A stretch of DNA of 64,000 bases from Pelomyxa schiedti (Eukaryota > Protista > Evosea), in NCBI GenBank assembly GCA_020536535.1, contig JAHLWZ010000123.1:62001-126000 (forward strand), written 5' to 3'. The notes under the pieces are model-generated. The model ran no database searches. It worked only from the letters and a program-made list of their open reading frames with translations, and had not been told where the DNA came from. The translations under genes and the position numbers were made by a program. Shown here piece by piece: positions 59,512-64,000 of this stretch. Every line of letters begins with the position of its first letter. Position 1 is the stretch's first letter.

Positions 59512-60490
59512 CTAGTAGTACTTTCTTTCTCGCATTACTGCCTTACTTGTTCTTTGTCTGCGGTGGTACCAACCCAGACACAGCTCAAAGCACCACCAGC
59601 AAATTCGAGGGATGGCTATAAGACCAAACACTACAGTTAGAACCATCAGCCACCTGATCCTACTGGCCTGCCGTATCATCTCATCTGCCTTTGTGCCTAC
59701 ATTATCGATCTCATTCCGGAATTCAGTGTAGCCCTTGAGTATCTTCAGTCTATGGTTCTCTACCTCGAGTGTTACAGCTGTCAACATGTCTCGTACCTCT
59801 TGGCTCTTAGTAAGGGCATCCAGCTTCTGTCTGCTGGCCTCCAAATTAGCATCTTCCAGTGCCTTGCTGGCTTCAGCACGGAGATTCTGTGCTTCCTCCC
59901 GAGCTTCCTGCCTGATAGTGCTGGCAACCGATTTTGCCTCCTCTAATGCCTTTCTGGCTTCCGTGAGGGATCCTTGTGCTTCCTCCATTATCTTGGCGCT
60001 TCCCAGTTGCGCTGCAGCGAGCGCATCCTGCCTGATAGTGCTGGCCACCAACTTCGCATCATCCAGTGCCTTGCTTGCCTCAGCAGTGAGGTTGCCTGCT
60101 TCCTCCCGAGCTTCCTTCCTGATGGTGCTGGCCTCGGCTTTGGCATTCTCTAAAGTCTCTCTGGCTTCAGTGAAGAACCGTTGTGCTGCCTCCAACATCT
60201 GTGCAGCCTCCCGTTGTGCCTGTTCACTACGTTCCTGTGCGACCGTCCTGTGAGCCCTTATTTCTTCGAGTACCGTCTCCGCCTCCTTTTGAGGGTAAAG
60301 TTAGTGCTTGCACTGCATGCTACTAGTACTACGGATTAGGGTTCCGTAGTAACACAACGCCTTTCGTTTGTGCGTTTAACGGTACGTTTAAGGAACGACT
60401 GAGTTGGTCCACGCTTTCGGTGAGTGTCGTCTCTGCTGCCAAAGACACCGACAGCACAATCAAGACTAACGCCAGACACCACGGCACCAT
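59512..60490 (-). CDS. Signal peptide + hendecad-type coiled coil + C-terminal TM; tail resembles that of the adjacent septin
   Basis: MVPWCLALVLIVLSVSLAA signal-like exon spliced in phase 0 to EAETVLEEIRA..; repeated ASTIRxEAREEAxNLxAEASKAL; WLMVLTVVFGLIAIPRI. Confidence 0.78.
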
Positions 60491-60735
60491 TTTATGGTTT
60501 AGTGCCTTTCCCAAAAGGCGTGCACCAAACTGGTTTCTTCTTTGTGCTATTTCAGAGAAACACACCTCAATACATATGCAATGGCTCGCAGCCTCCCACT
60601 TCGAGTGACTGCCTTATAAACTGTCGTCTCTTTTGATGCGTCTTGTATGCCACTCTTTCGGGAGTTTGCATTGAGTGATTGTAATTGCACCTTCTTTGAC
60701 CAACATTACGTTCTTTCTCAGGAAACCATCATCAA

Positions 60736-60928
60736 ATGGCGTCTGTTGCGGTCGAGACCGACACACCAGCCACAAGGTGGCTCACGGAGCGTGGATTCAC
60801 GTTCGTAACGCACCCCGTGGTGCATCAGATGAACCCCGGTGAGACTCTGTGCCAATCATTCGCCAGGCAATTGAGTGCCCCTGCCTACAATGTGTGTGCT
60901 TTTTGGCCTCTTTGGCACCGTCTTTGTG

Positions 60929-60964
<36 letters not shown>

Positions 60965-61691
60965 TTTGTGTGTTATTGCTTATTGGTGTGGTGCGAGTTG
61001 TGTTTTTTAAGGTGTGGAGCCTGGTTTTTAAGTTGCTCAAAAGTTATAAAAAACCCTGGAACTACCTGTGTGAGCTAATTTACTGAAACAGGTTCTGAAA
61101 ACGATGGTGTTTGAGTATGGCAACGATTCACCTTGCATTGTGGTGATGCATGGTGATGCCAAGATAGACACAGCTGCCCTCACATCGGCCCTCGCTCCCT
61201 ACAGAACGCCCACACCCACAATCACACCTTCACCTGCATCCGGCACCCCAAATCCCCCTACACAACCTACACCTCCCTCAGCCACTACAACAACAACAAC
61301 AAGTTCAGAATCAACCTCGGCTTCACCCACTTCTCCTACTTCCACACCAGCCTCTGTACCACCATCAGATAAAACAGCTGCTAGTACAAAAAAGAAGAGG
61401 CAACCAACACCAAAGAAAGCACCAGCTGTGTCTAGTAAGCCACCTTCAGCAAAGCTGGCGCCTCCGGATTATGCAAATTCATGGACTGGGTATGTATTTG
61501 GTGGAACCTCACCGTTTGGACTGAAGAGGGAGATACCAGTGGTGCTTCTGCAGAGGACTGTGGCTGAAATCCCACCCACTGACAAGCTGTACATCAATGG
61601 GGGTTCCCAAACTCTGGTTCTGGAAATGGTGTGCCAGGACTTTGTTAGAGCTCTCAAGCCCACTGCTCTTGTTGATGTGGTTAAGCTCTAG
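60736..61691 (+). CDS. ybaK: YbaK/EbsC-type aminoacyl-tRNA deacylase (INS superfamily) with a large T/P/S-rich insertion
   Basis: TPATRWL, VLKTMVF (conserved Lys), VVMHGD, TGYVFGGTSPFG, LYINGG; one GT-AG intron. Confidence 0.85.
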
Positions 61692-62290
61692 CCTTCTCAA
61701 CCTCTTTGGTGACAGCCAGTTTTTTTTTTTCCTATGGTCAGTGGCTTCTTCATCAAGATACCAATAATGCTCCAGGATTCAGGTAAATCGAGATAAATGG
61801 GAGGTAGGATGTTACCCTACATTAGAAAAAGGGTAATCTGTTGTAGGGAGGGCAACAAAGGCCACTGAGGCCAACTCATAATCGCTCCCACAAAACACGC
61901 CATGATCCTCGTCGCAAATCGCTGAGACAATGGCGTTTACTGCGGGGAAGGACGCACTCCAAGTGGAGGGTGAGTCTCACCATCACGGCGTCGCTCTCTG
62001 CGCCTGCCGCCGGTTGTGTCGTCGTTTCTCAGGGAACCCGAAACTCAACTGTTCAATGGAACTTTGATCTTACAGATAGTGTAAGATTCCATTCGACTGG
62101 CTTTTTTCTCTAAAAAAAAGGAGAAAAATAATTTAAAACAAACAGAGCAAACACACAGTTTTGATCAACAAAACACCGACACTCACCGTTTGTGACGAGA
62201 TCTTGACATAGTTCCCCTGCGTGCAAACACAAACTCGACAAATACCAACACAACAAAGCAGTAAGTATCTGTATACGTATATCCGGCACG

Positions 62291-63818
62291 ATGCACACGT
62301 TCGGGGGACCTTCTATGCCTTCATTTGGTGGTGGTGGGAGTGGCTACGGTGGCACGTTTGGTGGCGGCGGTAGTGGTCGCTTTTTCGGCCTGGGCACTTT
62401 TGGTGGCGGCGCCTTTTCCACCTCCAACACCGTAATCAGTGTACCTAAGCGATTCGGCCACGGTAAAAATCTCTTTACTCCTTTTATTATTTTATTATTA
62501 TTTGTATTTATTGTGGTAGATGTTATGTATCACGTTTGTAGGGGAGGTTTTTTTCATTTTTCTTCTTCTTAGCTTGTGCAAGTTTCTTAAACGGTTTTAA
62601 CGTGTAGGAGCACAGTCTGATAAGCGGTTACCATCTCTTCCAGTGCTTAACCAGCCAGTGGATTTCAAGCGATCAGTGGAAACGAATCGCAATAACACGT
62701 GGCACTCCCGACTTGAAGTAGTTGCATGTATGTCCCATCCTCGTTTGGCACACAAATCGACAACTGGACGCCTGCTATCCCCTTCGATTCTCTCAAGAGT
62801 TGCGGATTATGTGTGCCCGACTTTTCAAAGAATCGTATCTACTGGTTACAACAACCCGGTAAGGGTCTGGTCCAAAAGTGGCTCCACTCCTGATGGAAGC
62901 CGAGGCACAAGGGGGCATGACCATTCAAGTGGAACCTCTCCTTCTAGTGTGTGCACCATGCAAATAGAGCCAAGTGGTGAAGCCATGTCACTTGCGTCAC
63001 TGCAGCACGGCTCACTCCTAATTGCTGTAGGTGACTTCCTCTCGGTTTGGGATGCCTCTACCGGCGCATTACGACTCTCTAACACTGAATTACGTGCGTT
63101 TGGAGGGCAGAGGCTACGATGTGTTGATACCTCCGATAGAGATGGTCAGGGGCAGGGTGGAAATGGCCTTACAGTTACTGGCGGCAAAGATGTCCGCGTT
63201 TGGGATATGAATACCGGCTTATGTGTACGCGTTTTGGCTGAGCATACTGACGCTATCAACAGTGTGCGGGTGTTACGCAGTAATTCTACCGCGTCCGCAC
63301 TTGTACTCAGTTCGTCATCAGACAAGACAGTAAAATTGTGGGACACGCGAGCTTCTACACACCACAGTGCACGCACCTTTATTGGTCATGTGGAACCTGT
63401 TCTCTGTTGTGATGCAACAATTACCGGATGTGATGGTCCGGACGCCGGTATTGTAGTGAGTGGTGGAGAGGACGAGATACTCCGCGTATGGGACCTCGGA
63501 ACAGCACAGGCCCTAACTTCTCTTCCTGGCCACAATGGCTACATTCGAACTGTGCGTATTTTACCAGACATGCGATATATTGCCAGTGCTGGGGGTGATG
63601 CCTGTGTGAGAATATGGGAGACCTACGACTGGAAGCCCAAGTTCGTACTGGAGGGTCACTCACAAACCGTGATGTGCATGAGGACGGCACAAGGAGGGGA
63701 GGTACTGGTGACAGGCTCATTTGATGAGACAATCAGGGTGTGGAATCTTGTGAGCCGGAAGTGCGTGAGGTTGTTGTTCAACGGAAGTGTGGCAACTTCA
63801 GTACAGTTGTTGTACTAA
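62291..63818 (+). CDS. WD40-repeat protein with a Gly/Phe-rich N-terminus and an HPRL F-box-like motif
   Basis: GGF-rich first exon; LEVVACMSHPRLAHKS..LLSPSILSRVADYV; repeated (G/E)H..V....SxSxDxTVKLWD units. Confidence 0.88.
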
Positions 63819-64000
63819 CTACTGAGGGAAAGAAATGTCCATAAGGCAACAAGGAATCATTTTTACGCTTTCTTTTTTTTTCAATCAAGCACATTTGTCT
63901 GCTTTGGTATTTGTCCACAAGGGATGGTTGTCTCCAAAACTCCCTTTTTTACCAACTGCGCCCGAAGGTAACTAGAGGGATGGTAAGCAAAAGTGATTGA

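Noticed and set aside
60929-60963. Long poly-T tract as a retroposon tail
   Set aside because: It lies in a T/G-rich first intron like others in the window; no target-site duplication or element body is visible.
61910-62105. RNase P RNA (words such as CTGAGAC, GGTGAGT, GGAAC..ACTCA and GTTCAATGG occur in a similar order)
   Set aside because: I could not form the P4 pseudoknot or a P1 helix, so the similarity is not enough to call.

Overview
A gene-dense stretch of a eukaryotic nuclear genome, read in the standard genetic code. Introns are numerous and very short (mostly about 40-65 nt), with almost no 5' consensus beyond GT and frequent AAG or A-tract 3' ends. The six-frame ORFs are therefore exon fragments, which I spliced by hand into 21 genes. 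Gene style (Roco kinase, ALK/LTK-type Gly-rich TRIM, recurrent 'HxRxGxxSP' motif, low-complexity loop insertions) suggests an amoebozoan protist, possibly a Pelomyxa-like archamoeba; this is inference. Housekeeping genes: SPATA20/YyaL, calcineurin A, an RRM protein, WDR70, RPA1, PIG-T, a PfkB kinase, gluconokinase, a histidine phosphatase and a YbaK editing protein. The most unusual items are: (1) an intronless SH3-SH3-WH2-like protein ending in a catalytically dead glutaminase fold; (2) a membrane-anchored septin next to a GTPase-less paralogue that shares its coiled-coil/TM tail but has a signal peptide; (3) a TRIM gene with two +1 frameshifts inside zinc fingers, both at dinucleotide repeats; (4) a 9-kb Roco gene with a second, PINK1-like pseudokinase; (5) a degenerate Rab with an F-box-like module before its CAAX; (6) a CUE-ART protein with a PBCV basic-adaptor-like tail; (7) an F-box protein ending in a ParB/Srx-like domain; (8) GA-AG and GC-AG introns. 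No rRNA, tRNA, CRISPR array or transposon was recognised.
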